Of a DNA stretch of 36,562 nt, positions 9,258 to 19,576 are shown one piece after another. Source of the stretch: a virus (taxonomy: Duplodnaviria > Caudoviricetes); IMG/VR virus record IMGVR_UViG_3300033402_000750, positions 1 through 36,562 of that record. The stretch is one strand, 5' to 3'. The notes under the pieces are model-generated. The model was not told where the DNA came from. It saw nothing but the letters and a program-made list of their open reading frames with translations, and did not search any database. Made by a program: the position numbers and the translations under genes. How positions within the stretch are numbered: position 1 is the first letter of the stretch; each line of letters opens with the position of its first letter.

Positions 9258-9796
9258 TTCCCGCTGATGTCGAGTCCGCTATTTTCCTCTCAATCCCGCA
9301 GTCTTTCACGTTCAATGGTAACACAATGGTAACAGCGGTCGAGAAAGCAGCTATTGCCCAGATCTCTGACCTTGTTACCAACAACGATATCGCGGTAACG
9401 ATCTCCTACATCAACGAGAAAGAGGACGCTGAGCTTACGCCTCCGAATCACAAGATGGAGATAATCCAGAATGCCGACCTTTCGACATCGTACGAGATGG
9501 GCGGGTTTGAGACCTGCATGTTGTCGATGAACATCTACATCTCGAAACGGCTCCGGGTACCTCAACTGGACCTTGATGAGCTGATGAAGACGTACATGAG
9601 GGCTCTTGACTCCTGGTATTATTCGACCCTGCGTTCTGCCGTCGAACCTATAGGTCGATCTACCCGGGATCTCACGTTCCTGGAGAACGGGATCTTCCGG
9701 TATCATCTGGACGTGCTGGTTCGGTACAAGGTAAGCGCATTGGTCAATGTCGGAACGTTCGATACGGTGGAGTGGAATGCTACCATCATCCCGTAA
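9254..9796 (+). CDS. Putative tail terminator
   Basis: ATG 9254 overlaps the previous stop; RDLTFLENG.FRYHLDVLVRY resembles terminator C-termini; precedes sheath. Confidence 0.55.
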   Translation: MIPADVESAIFLSIPQSFTFNGNTMVTAVEKAAIAQISDLVTNNDIAVTISYINEKEDAELTPPNHKMEIIQNADLSTSYEMGGFETCMLSMNIYISKRLRVPQLDLDELMKTYMRALDSWYYSTLRSAVEPIGRSTRDLTFLENGIFRYHLDVLVRYKVSALVNVGTFDTVEWNATIIP

Positions 9797-9887
9797 TTGT
9801 GATGGCCGGTTTCGTGAAAAGTGTCAATTATGTCCTATTAAAATAGTATCGATAACTTTAACGTTTAGATATTATATAACGTATTTC

Positions 9888-10799
9888 ATGAAGGTTTGTC
9901 CAAATTGTAATTATGATAATTTTAATAATGTGGAAAACTGTGAAGGATGTGGACAACCGATAAGGAGCATAAGGCCAGAAACTTTTAATATCGTCGATTT
10001 TACCAAAAAAAATAGCGATTTATACGCAGTTATCGGAATTTTTCTCGCTTTGTTTGAGTATCTAATCAACAATTCAGACTCTACTGTTAGAGCAATATCA
10101 TTATGTCCATTGTTTATATCGGCCTATTTACTATTTGCACTAATTTCCAAAGGAAACAATATTGTTCGATCACAGCATTATGAAGGCACAGATAATCAAT
10201 ATTTTAATGAAAATTCGTTCGAATTTTGGATTTTCTTAAGCATCAACGTTCTTTTTTTGATTGGGTTAGTTTGGAGTGCTGGTTCCCAATATACACTCTC
10301 GATCTGTTTACTAGGTGCAATCACAATTGCATTTGTTGCATTTGGTCGAAGAATTTCAAATATGAGAAGATTAGGTGATGCCGCGACACATGAGCGAAAC
10401 CTCACGGCAATGTCAATATGGTTCAATTTAATAGGCATTTTCCTTCTTGAATTGGGATGGTTAGTATTTCAAATTTTATTGCCCTCCATCAAACACCCAA
10501 CTGATCCCACAATATTTTATTTTTCATTAATAATTCCGCTGGCGATTTTATTTTTTGGTATCGGAACACTCCTTGCAAATATGTTTATTGGCGGGTGGAT
10601 GATTTTGACAGATGCTCAAAGGATTATTGACACAAATATCCAATTTTCATGGGCATCACTTGAAAACGAGTTTGCCCAATATTTTCAAACTTTTGTGAGA
10701 GATAGGCGCATGATAATTTTTTTCGTTGTGATTGTATTACTTCTAGTGGCAGAAATTTTCTTAATTCCGATGTTCAGATCGTATTTCCCAATAAGTTAA
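9888..10799 (+). CDS. Zn-ribbon + multi-pass membrane protein
   Basis: Likely start ATG 9888 (MKVCPNC...CEGCG); about 7 hydrophobic segments; AT-rich. Confidence 0.7.
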   Translation: MKVCPNCNYDNFNNVENCEGCGQPIRSIRPETFNIVDFTKKNSDLYAVIGIFLALFEYLINNSDSTVRAISLCPLFISAYLLFALISKGNNIVRSQHYEGTDNQYFNENSFEFWIFLSINVLFLIGLVWSAGSQYTLSICLLGAITIAFVAFGRRISNMRRLGDAATHERNLTAMSIWFNLIGIFLLELGWLVFQILLPSIKHPTDPTIFYFSLIIPLAILFFGIGTLLANMFIGGWMILTDAQRIIDTNIQFSWASLENEFAQYFQTFVRDRRMIIFFVVIVLLLVAEIFLIPMFRSYFPIS

Positions 10800-10861
10800 C
10801 TTGCGTTTGCGAAAACGAAATGAACGAATAAAAAGTACAATTCGAATTAAAATTTATTGAG

Positions 10862-11698
10862 ATGAAAGATATGAACGAAACCGGAGAACAAGAAGATATC
10901 AAAGAAGAATTTGGTATCGTCGCGATGATTGATGCCCTTGGAGTTTCAAATTACAACGGCGAGGAAAGTATAAACTTTTTAAACATTTTCAAGTCCATAA
11001 TTTCACAAAATAAAAAAATTTATGAATATTTGGAATCGCAAGAAAAAACTTATTTCGATTCAAATGCGATGGAAAATGTAAAAATATCCAAGTTTGGAGA
11101 TTCTATAATTTGGGCATGGCCGATAGAAGATAAAAACAGCATAGTAAATTTAATAATAGTACATTCTGTCGCAATAGGTTTGAATGACATAATGCTACGC
11201 GGATTATTCAATAAAATTCCTCTCCGGGGAGTGATTTCTGTTGGAAAATATGTATGGGATAAAGAAGATGAGAGACTTATTGGTCGTGCTATTTCCGAAG
11301 CAACTAATTGGTATAATACCGTCGATTGGCTCGGGATTATTTTCACACCAAACGCAGATCTTTGGCTATCCCAACAAATCGAAAGAAATGAAAGTGATAT
11401 TGAGAAAGCAGCAATTTTAAATGCCATTAACACTTTCATTTGTAAATATCAGGTTCCACTAAAGGATAATCACAATACTCAAAATAATTTTGAAAAATTA
11501 TTCGTCGTAGGGTGGCCTGTAATTTTTCATAACACTAAAATCTACGATAAGGATAAATCTATCGCACCACTCAGCGCACAGCAAATTTTCTATAAGTTAT
11601 TATTTGATATTCCAAAATCGGAAGGAACGGAATCAAAATATGAAAATACCAAGAAATTTTTCGAATGGTATGAAAATGAACAGAACAACAGAACCTAA
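10862..11698 (+). CDS. Class III nucleotidyl cyclase-like protein, copy A
   Basis: VAMIDALG, KFGDSII, LRGVISVG, LIGRAISEA motifs with both metal-binding Asp; paralog of 18697..19566. Confidence 0.7.
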   Translation: MKDMNETGEQEDIKEEFGIVAMIDALGVSNYNGEESINFLNIFKSIISQNKKIYEYLESQEKTYFDSNAMENVKISKFGDSIIWAWPIEDKNSIVNLIIVHSVAIGLNDIMLRGLFNKIPLRGVISVGKYVWDKEDERLIGRAISEATNWYNTVDWLGIIFTPNADLWLSQQIERNESDIEKAAILNAINTFICKYQVPLKDNHNTQNNFEKLFVVGWPVIFHNTKIYDKDKSIAPLSAQQIFYKLLFDIPKSEGTESKYENTKKFFEWYENEQNNRT

Positions 11699-11731
11699 TG
11701 TTTAAATACGTTATAATAGGAAATTTTCTGT

Positions 11732-12187
11732 ATGACTGACGGAAACTTGGAAACCATCGACCCGGTAGACGAGTTTGTGAATTATTGGAATAATAAAAGC
11801 GAAGAGTTTAAAATCACACCTATTTCTGCGTTTAAACGCCATGAATATTTGAAAACTTTCGATGATAATATGATATCCTTCGAAACATCGAACGGCATTG
11901 TTCGGCCTAGCAGAGGTTTCCAGAAAATTCCTGACCATCCTATGGGATTTAAATTTTTGTCCCCAGAAGCAATAACTGAAAAAAATTGCAAAAGTAAATA
12001 TTCTGCAAAGGAAATTTTTCACAAATTGGATACGGTTAATACTACAGTGAATCTAGCAATTAATCAAGGTGAAGAGAAATACAAAGAAATGCAAAGGAAA
12101 CATGAAGAAGAAATGCAAAAAAATAAAAAAGGGTTTTTCGATAATGCACAACTTTTTCTTTTAAACATTTTTGGAAAAGCGAAATAA
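11732..12187 (+). CDS. Hypothetical protein in cyclase cassette
   Basis: 151-aa ORF co-directional with the cyclase gene; C-terminal coiled coil. Confidence 0.55.
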   Translation: MTDGNLETIDPVDEFVNYWNNKSEEFKITPISAFKRHEYLKTFDDNMISFETSNGIVRPSRGFQKIPDHPMGFKFLSPEAITEKNCKSKYSAKEIFHKLDTVNTTVNLAINQGEEKYKEMQRKHEEEMQKNKKGFFDNAQLFLLNIFGKAK

Positions 12188-12364
12188 GATACAGGTAAAA
12201 ATTTCTCCGATTAAATTAAAAATATATAAATCTGTTTTCGTATTTCTTGATTACTTCTAATTGCACAAGCGTAACGAATAGCTCATGCCGCCACCAACCG
12301 TCAATTTATGTGCGTATTATTTCATAAAGACTGAATAGAATCAGGTTTCCAAACAATCATTCCC

Positions 12365-12382
12365 GACTTTTCTTAATAACGC
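12365..12382 (+). promoter_or_regulatory. Conserved promoter copy (GACTTTTCTTAATAACGC)
   Basis: GAC is 39 nt before sheath ATG 12404. Confidence 0.7.
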
Positions 12383-12403
12383 CTCTTTTCAGATTCAACC
12401 TTC

Positions 12404-13441
12404 ATGCCCGAGATAATGAAAGCCATCACCATCACGACCACGGTGCAGGCTGCTGCCCTGGCGGACCAGTGGGGTGTCCCGCTGGTTGTCGGGGAAAGCT
12501 CTGCAACCGCGAAGAACACGCTCAAATCGTTCGTCAACCTTGCCGCACTCGGAACGGAACACGGAACGACCAGCAACGTCTACAAGGCCGCCGCATCGAT
12601 CTTCAACCAGGGCGTCGCAGAAGTTTACACCATTGCGATCCAGACAGCGACCCCCGGCAGCCCGACACCGGCCGAGATAAACACATCGATGAACGGAATT
12701 ATCGATGCAGCAGTGCAGGCAGGTAACATTCAGGGGATGGTCCTCGCAGGCCTCACCGACACGAACTCCGTCACGCAGCTACAGACCAACGCAGACCGGG
12801 TCGGTGTGATCTGGGTGAGCTGCAATGCCATCGGTGAAACGGTCTCGACCATCACAACCAGAGCCGCTGCGCTCTCATCAGTCAACGGTTTCATGGTTGC
12901 TTACAAGGGCTCAGCGGGAGTGGACGATGTCGCTGCTGCAACCCTCGGCGCGATCATGGTTCTCCAGCCATGGGTCGCGCTCATGTGGAAGAACGTAGAC
13001 TGCGACGTCAACGCGTACTTTGTCTCCTCGGATATAACCTCGCTCGAGGCCGGCAGGGTGAACGTGATCATGCCGAACGGTACCGCAAACATCCTCTCGA
13101 ACGGTATGGCAACGAGCCCGACGGCGAACTTCATCGACATCACCCGTTGCCAGTACCTGGTCAGGTCCGAGATAGCGGCCAGTATCGCGGCCGGCAAGAT
13201 GGCGTCCGAGACAGTACCCTATACCGCAATCGGAATTGCTACCGTCCGCGGCTGGATCATCACCCCGCTTGAGAACCTGATAACCGCAGGGGCGTTGGCG
13301 AGCTATTCGGTCACCTTGCCGGCCCTTGCAGCCATCCCGGAGACCGATCGTGCAGCACGGGTACTCCAGGGAGTTACCGTCACCTGCCAGCTCGCAGGCA
13401 ACATCCAGACCTTCGCGCTGGACCTGGACATCTCGGTATGA
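12404..13441 (+). CDS. Contractile tail sheath protein (DUF3383-like, compact)
   Basis: WGVPLVVG, YKAAASIFNQG, FIDITR, VPYTAIGIATV, DRAARVL..VTVTCQLAGNI motifs. Confidence 0.85.
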   Translation: MPEIMKAITITTTVQAAALADQWGVPLVVGESSATAKNTLKSFVNLAALGTEHGTTSNVYKAAASIFNQGVAEVYTIAIQTATPGSPTPAEINTSMNGIIDAAVQAGNIQGMVLAGLTDTNSVTQLQTNADRVGVIWVSCNAIGETVSTITTRAAALSSVNGFMVAYKGSAGVDDVAAATLGAIMVLQPWVALMWKNVDCDVNAYFVSSDITSLEAGRVNVIMPNGTANILSNGMATSPTANFIDITRCQYLVRSEIAASIAAGKMASETVPYTAIGIATVRGWIITPLENLITAGALASYSVTLPALAAIPETDRAARVLQGVTVTCQLAGNIQTFALDLDISV

Positions 13442-13451
13442 GGAGGAAACC

Positions 13452-13856
13452 ATGGGAATAAACGACATTTCAACGTATGACGTGACCCAGATTGCGGTCA
13501 CGGTCAATGGTGTGGAGATCACCAATTATGTATCGTTCATCTACAAAGGCGACCAGTCCCCGGCCTCGCTCATCAAAGGGTCGACAGGTGTGGTGGGATA
13601 CGAATACGGGGTGGCCGAGCCGACCTGGACCCTGAAAGTGCTGGACACCGAGCCGACGATGGCTGATATCTATGCACTGTGGGAGAACCAGACCACGTTC
13701 TCGGTAGTGGCTACGTTCCCGACAAAGACCATCACCTGCACCAACTGCCGGATCGCAACCATCGAAGCCGGGGAAGCAGCGGACAAAACCCCGCAGGTGA
13801 CGATCAACGGGCTGGCCATGCAGATCCAGATGCAGCCGATGAATTCAGGTGCATGA
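13452..13856 (+). CDS. Tail tube protein
   Basis: RBS GGAGG, ATG 13452; STYDVTQIAVTVNG.EIT pattern directly after sheath. Confidence 0.8.
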   Translation: MGINDISTYDVTQIAVTVNGVEITNYVSFIYKGDQSPASLIKGSTGVVGYEYGVAEPTWTLKVLDTEPTMADIYALWENQTTFSVVATFPTKTITCTNCRIATIEAGEAADKTPQVTINGLAMQIQMQPMNSGA

Positions 13857-14158
13857 TGGCTGACGATGCAGTTGCCGAGGAAACCTTCACCGTGACGGTG
13901 AAGGGAGTGACCTACAAATGCGCCTGTGTGTCGGGATGCCGGCTGATGAATTCGATGGGAAAGGGAGAGAAATCCGGCGACATGTTCGTCGAGGTCATGC
14001 TCTACAGCATCATCGAGCCGAAGTTTACCAGAAAAGAACTCCAGAACCTTCCCCCGAACATATTCATCCCGCTGGGAACGGAGATCATGGCGCATCATGA
14101 CTTCGGGATTCTGGGGCTCGGGCAACCGGATTTTTCAGGGACCTCAAAGACGATGTAG
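13853..14158 (+). CDS. Tail assembly chaperone (gpG-like)
   Basis: ATGA overlap with tube; SIIEPKFTRKELQNLP; slippery site near 3' end. Confidence 0.75.
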   Translation: MMADDAVAEETFTVTVKGVTYKCACVSGCRLMNSMGKGEKSGDMFVEVMLYSIIEPKFTRKELQNLPPNIFIPLGTEIMAHHDFGILGLGQPDFSGTSKTM

Positions 14159-14385
14159 AGAACGAGATCCAGGTCTACCTGCTGGCCGAGCACCTGCACG
14201 TAGACGTTGATGAGGTCCGGTCGTGGACCTTTGAGAAACAGCTCCGGTGGTTCGTGGCGCTCGGGATCATCGCGGAACGCCGGGAGAAGGAGATGGACAC
14301 CCAGAGGAAAGTGACGATGGCGAAGAACGATGGATCGAAAGGGTTCGTGCGGAACGGCGACACAGTGACGATGGTCGGTGACTGA
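14128..14385 (+). CDS. -1 frameshift extension of chaperone (gpGT-like)
   Basis: G GAT TTT heptamer at 14128-14134; -1 frame open to TGA 14385 (FRDLKDDVENEIQVYLLAEHLHVDVDEVRSWTFEKQLRWF...) with no early start codon of its own. Confidence 0.8.
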   Translation, partial: GFFRDLKDDVENEIQVYLLAEHLHVDVDEVRSWTFEKQLRWFVALGIIAERREKEMDTQRKVTMAKNDGSKGFVRNGDTVTMVGD

Positions 14386-14386
14386 G

Positions 14387-15967
14387 ATGGCTACGGGCAG
14401 CATCAGGGATCTCTACATCGCTATTACCGTCGCGGACAAAGCCAGTGCGGTCATCACGAAACTGCAGGGGATGACCGACCAGTTCAAAACCAGTGCGTCG
14501 TCGTATACGAGCTCGGTCAGGACAAACTTTGCCGCTGCGTCGATGTACGCACAGCAGCACCGGGCGGTCCTCGGTCTTGTCGGCGGCGAGCTCATGGTTC
14601 TAGGGAACCTGACGAAGAACTACTACGCCCAGGGTATCCAGGAAGCCGGCACCTACGCGGACATGCACGATCAGCTCTACAAGCGGCTCGGTGCGAACAC
14701 CGACACCTACCTCGCGCAGATGAAAGCGGCGACCGGCGGGACAATCTCCGATCTCGTGCTGATGACGCAGACCCAGAAAGCGCTCATGAACGGTCTGGAC
14801 ACCAGCAAGATGGCTCAGCTCGCCGAAATCGCCCGGGCTTCTGCCCGTGCCTCCGGGCAGGATCCCACTGAGGTATACCAGACGCTGATGCAGGGAATCT
14901 CTTCCGGGAAAATGGGTCAGGGTCAACTGGCAGACATGGGTCTCAACATCAAGATGACAGAGATCATGGACCGGTACGCCCTGTCGGTCGGAAAGACCGC
15001 GTCGACTCTTACCATCGCCGAACGGAGACAGGCCCTGATGAACGGGGTACTCAGTGCCGGCAGCATCCTGGTCAGCCAGACCGACATGAGGACGGACACG
15101 TACGCGGAGTCGATGGCGAAACTCAGCAACACACTCGAGGACGTCCAGAGGGTGCTGGCAGGGTCGATACTCCCGGAGGTTTTGCTCCTTGCCGGTGCCG
15201 TATCGTTCCTCGCGTCCGGCTTCCTCGCTCTTCCCGCTCCGGTACAGACCCTTATCGGGATTATGGGCGCGGCGTTCGTCATACTCTCGCTCGTGGGAGG
15301 AGCATTGTTGGTCCAGAGCTGGCTGCTTGGCGCCCTCGCCACTGAGCATGTGGGACTGGCCGAGGCCGTCGGGATAGCAACGACAGCGTACGGGAAGTTT
15401 CTCCTGAGCATCTTCGGGGCGACCGGTGCGGAAATCGCAGGTGCGTTTGCGACCGGCGGACTGACTGCCGGGATGTATGCGCTCGTGACGGCAACCGCTG
15501 CCTTCCTCGCCGAAATCGTACCGGTTGTCGTTGCAGTCGGTCTCCTCTACGTGGCGTTCCTGTACCTGTGGGATCTCTGGAACAAAGGCTGGGAAAACTC
15601 GGCTTTGTACAAAAACCTCCTCCAGATCAAGCAGATCCTCGACAATCTCGAGAAGAACCCGCTCATCCACGGACTCCTTTACCTGAGCCCTGCAGCACCG
15701 CTCGTAGCGGCGAACGATCTGTATAACTCCGGGATACCGCAGAAGCTGTTCAACACTAACCTGGGATGGAGTGGCTCTGCCGGCAGCCCCCAGATCACCG
15801 TGCATGTCCAGGCCATCGCAAACGCCCAGCCGCTGAGCAAGGACGAACATGCCGCTCTCGTTACCGCGGCAGTGAAGACCGGGATCGCACAGGGCCTCGG
15901 GGATAAGCAGACCAACGCGGTGATCGACAAGCGAATAACCTCAGATTTCATGGCGATGGGGTTCTGA
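14387..15967 (+). CDS. Tape measure protein
   Basis: RBS GGTGA, ATG 14387; A/G/L-rich helical protein with hydrophobic region; canonical position. Confidence 0.85.
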   Translation: MATGSIRDLYIAITVADKASAVITKLQGMTDQFKTSASSYTSSVRTNFAAASMYAQQHRAVLGLVGGELMVLGNLTKNYYAQGIQEAGTYADMHDQLYKRLGANTDTYLAQMKAATGGTISDLVLMTQTQKALMNGLDTSKMAQLAEIARASARASGQDPTEVYQTLMQGISSGKMGQGQLADMGLNIKMTEIMDRYALSVGKTASTLTIAERRQALMNGVLSAGSILVSQTDMRTDTYAESMAKLSNTLEDVQRVLAGSILPEVLLLAGAVSFLASGFLALPAPVQTLIGIMGAAFVILSLVGGALLVQSWLLGALATEHVGLAEAVGIATTAYGKFLLSIFGATGAEIAGAFATGGLTAGMYALVTATAAFLAEIVPVVVAVGLLYVAFLYLWDLWNKGWENSALYKNLLQIKQILDNLEKNPLIHGLLYLSPAAPLVAANDLYNSGIPQKLFNTNLGWSGSAGSPQITVHVQAIANAQPLSKDEHAALVTAAVKTGIAQGLGDKQTNAVIDKRITSDFMAMGF

Positions 15968-15968
15968 A

Positions 15969-16574
15969 ATGGTCGTCACTGAGCTGACGGATGAAACGGT
16001 CATGTTCCTCGGCCCTGCAGGAACCTCAGGGTCAACGGTGACCATGTTCAAAGCAATCACCGGCCAAGTCGTCGACAGGTCGAAGACCATCCCGACCCAT
16101 AAGACCGAGGCCGGTTACCAGGTCTCCGATAACGTTTTACTGAACCCGGTAAAAATCACGCTCACGTTTTCCCTCCTCCATAATTGCACAGGACAAAACG
16201 AGGATACCGGCACCGACGAAATTATCACCATGGATGCCCTGGTGGCTGCCAACGATCTGCTCACGGTCTGCGTATCGGTCGGCGGATACCAGAACATGCT
16301 GATCCAGGATGTGAGTTACGACAAAACCACACCGACGATGAACACGGTGAAATGCACGGTCACGCTGGTGGAGGTGCGGACCTCAATCGCTGAGACCACA
16401 ACAGTCACGCTGCCGACCCTTCCGGATGACAGTATCCCCGGGAACTCGACCGCGGTCTCTCCGGCTCCGGTAACCACGAGCGGCACTGCGGTAACCAACG
16501 ATGGCGGACCATTGGGCTACATCACCGGGTTCCTCAATCTTGCATCGAACTCCTCGTCACAGGTTGGTCAATGA
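15969..16574 (+). CDS. Tail tube initiator/Dit-like baseplate protein
   Basis: IPTHKTEAGYQVSDNV.LNP, YQNMLIQ, VTLVEVR motifs. Confidence 0.75.
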   Translation: MVVTELTDETVMFLGPAGTSGSTVTMFKAITGQVVDRSKTIPTHKTEAGYQVSDNVLLNPVKITLTFSLLHNCTGQNEDTGTDEIITMDALVAANDLLTVCVSVGGYQNMLIQDVSYDKTTPTMNTVKCTVTLVEVRTSIAETTTVTLPTLPDDSIPGNSTAVSPAPVTTSGTAVTNDGGPLGYITGFLNLASNSSSQVGQ

Positions 16575-16870
16575 TGACGACATCTGACATTTACGTCCTG
16601 CCGTTCAGTACGGCGCTCGGGTACCCGCAGCGGAACCGGTTCAGTATCAACAGCGTCAGCTACGATATCCTGTACCAGTGGAACACCGGCGCCGGCTTCG
16701 CGACCGCTACCATAACCCGGGTCACCGACGCTGCAGTATGCTATATCGGGAACCTCGTGCCGCAGTGGGGAGCGAACATCAAGGATCCTGTTACGCAGGC
16801 TCCTCTTTTCACGATCTGGGCGAACGCCATCGATGACACCAACGCTGAGGTCTGGGCCGCATGGGACTGA
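16571..16870 (+). CDS. Small baseplate protein
   Basis: YPQR.RFSIN..SY...YQWN pattern; synteny. Confidence 0.6.
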   Translation: MMTTSDIYVLPFSTALGYPQRNRFSINSVSYDILYQWNTGAGFATATITRVTDAAVCYIGNLVPQWGANIKDPVTQAPLFTIWANAIDDTNAEVWAAWD

Positions 16871-17796
16871 CGCTGTTCGGCAGAAGTGTCGAGATGCAGA
16901 TTGGCCAACGGGTCTTCACGCTCGATGCGTTCGATATCGAGTTCACCATCGACAACCAGGTGGGGAAGAGTGGCACTGACGTCCAGCCATCGGCACGGGC
17001 GGAGATATCGATCTGGAACCTCGCGGATGACAGCATCGCGCTGTTCGCCGTGCATGCCACCATCCAGATCCGGGCGGGATATGCCGGGGATCTCGATACG
17101 ATCCTGCTCGGGACGATCAAATCCGCGACACCGGAACGTGACGGTGCCGATGTGAAACTGGCCATCCTTGCGACCGACAACCTCGCAAACCTCAACGCCA
17201 ACATCCCCCTCACCCTCACCTTCCCCAAAGGGACATCGTTCATAACAATTGTCAGCGCGATCCTGGCCAAAAGCAACATCCCGATCGGCGTCCTCTCGGA
17301 TCCGGGTGTGTCACTGCCTTCCGATTTCACGGTCGAGGGCCTGACCTCTGCCGATTGCATGGCGCAGGTTCTCCAGGAAGTCAACGGCCTTCGGGCAAAG
17401 AAGGGTCTGACCGGCCTGTGGCAGCTCTACACGGTCAATGGGCTCGCGTACTTCGTCGAACCCACCTACTTGGACGTCACCGTAGCTGTCCTGAGCGCTG
17501 CGACCGGGTTGCTCGAGATCACCCGGAACGAGAACGATAACCTGATCAGTACGCTGCCGGACGATGGTTCGGACGACAGTATTCCTCCCAGCGTCACGGG
17601 AGACAGTAATTCGGACTATGACTATACCCCGTCCATCACCTACACGCTGACGTGCCTGATGCAGAACAAGATCCAGATGGGTTCGGTCGTCAGCATTGAA
17701 AGCTCGACCTATACCGGTCTCGGGAAGGTCCTCAAGTATACGCATACCTGTTCAGCTGACGACTTTACTTCCAAAATCGAGGTTGTGCCGCTATGA
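16861..17796 (+). CDS. Baseplate hub protein
   Basis: DIEFTI, AEISIWNLA, IRAGY, IL.GTI motifs. Confidence 0.8.
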   Translation: MGLTLFGRSVEMQIGQRVFTLDAFDIEFTIDNQVGKSGTDVQPSARAEISIWNLADDSIALFAVHATIQIRAGYAGDLDTILLGTIKSATPERDGADVKLAILATDNLANLNANIPLTLTFPKGTSFITIVSAILAKSNIPIGVLSDPGVSLPSDFTVEGLTSADCMAQVLQEVNGLRAKKGLTGLWQLYTVNGLAYFVEPTYLDVTVAVLSAATGLLEITRNENDNLISTLPDDGSDDSIPPSVTGDSNSDYDYTPSITYTLTCLMQNKIQMGSVVSIESSTYTGLGKVLKYTHTCSADDFTSKIEVVPL

Positions 17797-18275
17797 GCAG
17801 TATTGCTGAGAAAGTCTCGCTTCTGGTCGATCAGCGGATCCTCCGGATCAACACGATCCTGATCGGGTCGATCACTGCCGTCACTAATCCGTTCCTTGTC
17901 GATGTCAGGCTCTCGCACCAGGTCGGCACCTCCAGCCCCCAGCTGCTGAACGTGCCGGTCCTTCACCCGCAGTTCGGAGGCTCATCGGTCGTGATCTGCC
18001 CTCAGGTTGGCGACATGGTTGTTGTCGGGATCACAAAGCACGAGCGGGACCCGCTGCTCTCAGGGAAGACGAACGTACAGGTTAACCCGTACCGGAACTT
18101 CTCGATCAACAACGCGGTCGTTCTCTCCGGGACGTTCACGTCTTCAGCTACTGCACCGTCGCTTGTTGCTGGCGAGATGTTGCTGCAACATACCTCCGGC
18201 TCGTTCATCAGGTTTCATAATGACGGCACTATTGAGATTCACAGCCCGGTCGGAGTGAACGTGACTTATCCATGA
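17793..18275 (+). CDS. Baseplate spike (gpV/Gp138-like OB fold + short beta helix)
   Basis: LLNVPVLHP..GG.....PQVGDMVVV, FSINNAV, HTSGSFIRFHNDG.IEI. Confidence 0.8.
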   Translation: MSSIAEKVSLLVDQRILRINTILIGSITAVTNPFLVDVRLSHQVGTSSPQLLNVPVLHPQFGGSSVVICPQVGDMVVVGITKHERDPLLSGKTNVQVNPYRNFSINNAVVLSGTFTSSATAPSLVAGEMLLQHTSGSFIRFHNDGTIEIHSPVGVNVTYP

Positions 18276-18589
18276 GCACACCGGTAGTTACTGAGGACGA
18301 CACCTTCGCTCAGGCCTGTAAGGTTCATGCATTACTGGCACCGTGCGTCGGGGCGTATAGCGGTTCTGTACTGACGCCCGGCCAGAGCGGTTTCACGGTG
18401 AATGGGAAAAAGGTGGTTCTAGCCCAACAGGTTCACACGTATGGCTGCCCGGCCTGTTCCTCGAACCGGGTGATTGTGAACGTATCGGCGGTCCTGAAAG
18501 TCAATGGCATTTCAGTTGCCCTTGCCGGGGCGGTCACTGGGTTGCATGTAAACGGTTCTATCGGAGGAAACCTGGGACTCAAAGCGTGA
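18272..18589 (+). CDS. PAAR-like spike tip protein
   Basis: Repeated VNG..V(V/A)L units; Cys/His ligands (CKVH, CPAC, LH); follows spike. Confidence 0.65.
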   Translation: MSTPVVTEDDTFAQACKVHALLAPCVGAYSGSVLTPGQSGFTVNGKKVVLAQQVHTYGCPACSSNRVIVNVSAVLKVNGISVALAGAVTGLHVNGSIGGNLGLKA

Positions 18590-18696
18590 CACCTCCCGTT
18601 CAGCAAACTATCTTTATGGTTTAATGAGAATTTTATTTTAATGTCAAATCAATTAAAAACTTAGCCGTTCGATAAAGCAGATGGAAAGAGTACGTG

Positions 18697-19566
18697 ATGA
18701 TAGATACGACTTATTCAGATAAAATTGCGAGCAAGGTAGGAGTTATCATATTTTTGGATGCATTGGGAGTAAAACACCTTGGAAAAGAAAAATCAATTAA
18801 TTTTATCAAAAAAAGAAATAAATTTCTTGATAAGGTTAAAAATATACGAGATAGAAGATTTGAAGAATTTAAGAGGGAACTTGGTGTCAATTTCCCAGAA
18901 CCAGATATTGCTCTGTTTCAAGATTCAATCATAATTGGTTGGGAGGAACAAAAATCAGAGCAAGGATTGTATCCATTTTCCTTTTTCCAAGCCGCTGGCC
19001 AATGGCTTATAGATGCGATTACAGAAGCGATTGAGGACGGCCTTTTTTTCCGTGGTGCAATCTCTCAAGGAGAATATATAGTTAATATGTCCTCTCAAAA
19101 TGTAACCATACTTGGTCCAGCAGTTGATGACGCGAGTGATTTTTTTGAAAAAGCTGATTGGATTGGTGTTATACAAACCCCAGATTGTGAGAGAAAATAT
19201 CTTTCATATCTAAATACTACCGCCGAAAGAGAAAGCGTTAGATTGGGCAGGGTAATAAGTCTCAATGACGTTATTCAACACTACCGGTTCTTATTCTGGC
19301 GATATCCAGTTCCCCTGAGTGTAAAAAAGACAGAATTTTTTTCCTCGCAAAAAGATTCATTTTCCTTAAAAAAGGATTTTTTTGTTTCCTCTTGGCCGGT
19401 TATGGCATGTAAAAAAGAACCGGAGGTATCAATTTCAAATATTTTATTAGAAAAGTCCATTTCGGAAAAGCCCCAACACCAAACAAAATACTATAATTCT
19501 TATCAGTTTTTAGAATGGTACAGAAATAAATTCTGGGAAGGTCTTAAGAGACAACCGGGTGAATAG
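18697..19566 (+). CDS. Class III nucleotidyl cyclase-like protein, copy B
   Basis: IIFLDALG, LFQDSII, FRGAISQG, ILGPAVDDA, ADWIG; start 18694 (GTG) or 18697 (ATG); AT-rich. Confidence 0.7.
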   Translation: MIDTTYSDKIASKVGVIIFLDALGVKHLGKEKSINFIKKRNKFLDKVKNIRDRRFEEFKRELGVNFPEPDIALFQDSIIIGWEEQKSEQGLYPFSFFQAAGQWLIDAITEAIEDGLFFRGAISQGEYIVNMSSQNVTILGPAVDDASDFFEKADWIGVIQTPDCERKYLSYLNTTAERESVRLGRVISLNDVIQHYRFLFWRYPVPLSVKKTEFFSSQKDSFSLKKDFFVSSWPVMACKKEPEVSISNILLEKSISEKPQHQTKYYNSYQFLEWYRNKFWEGLKRQPGE

Positions 19567-19576
19567 TTGATTTGAT

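Noticed and set aside
9747-9887. N-terminal extensions in the track (9747, 13326, 13679, 24170, 29042)
   Set aside because: They overlap upstream genes or promoters. Downstream ATGs with an RBS, ATGA coupling or a domain start fit better.
14600-15850. 416-aa minus-strand ORF and many other antisense/alternate-frame ORFs in the structural module
   Set aside because: They shadow well-supported plus-strand genes in GC-rich sequence and have no motifs or RBS.
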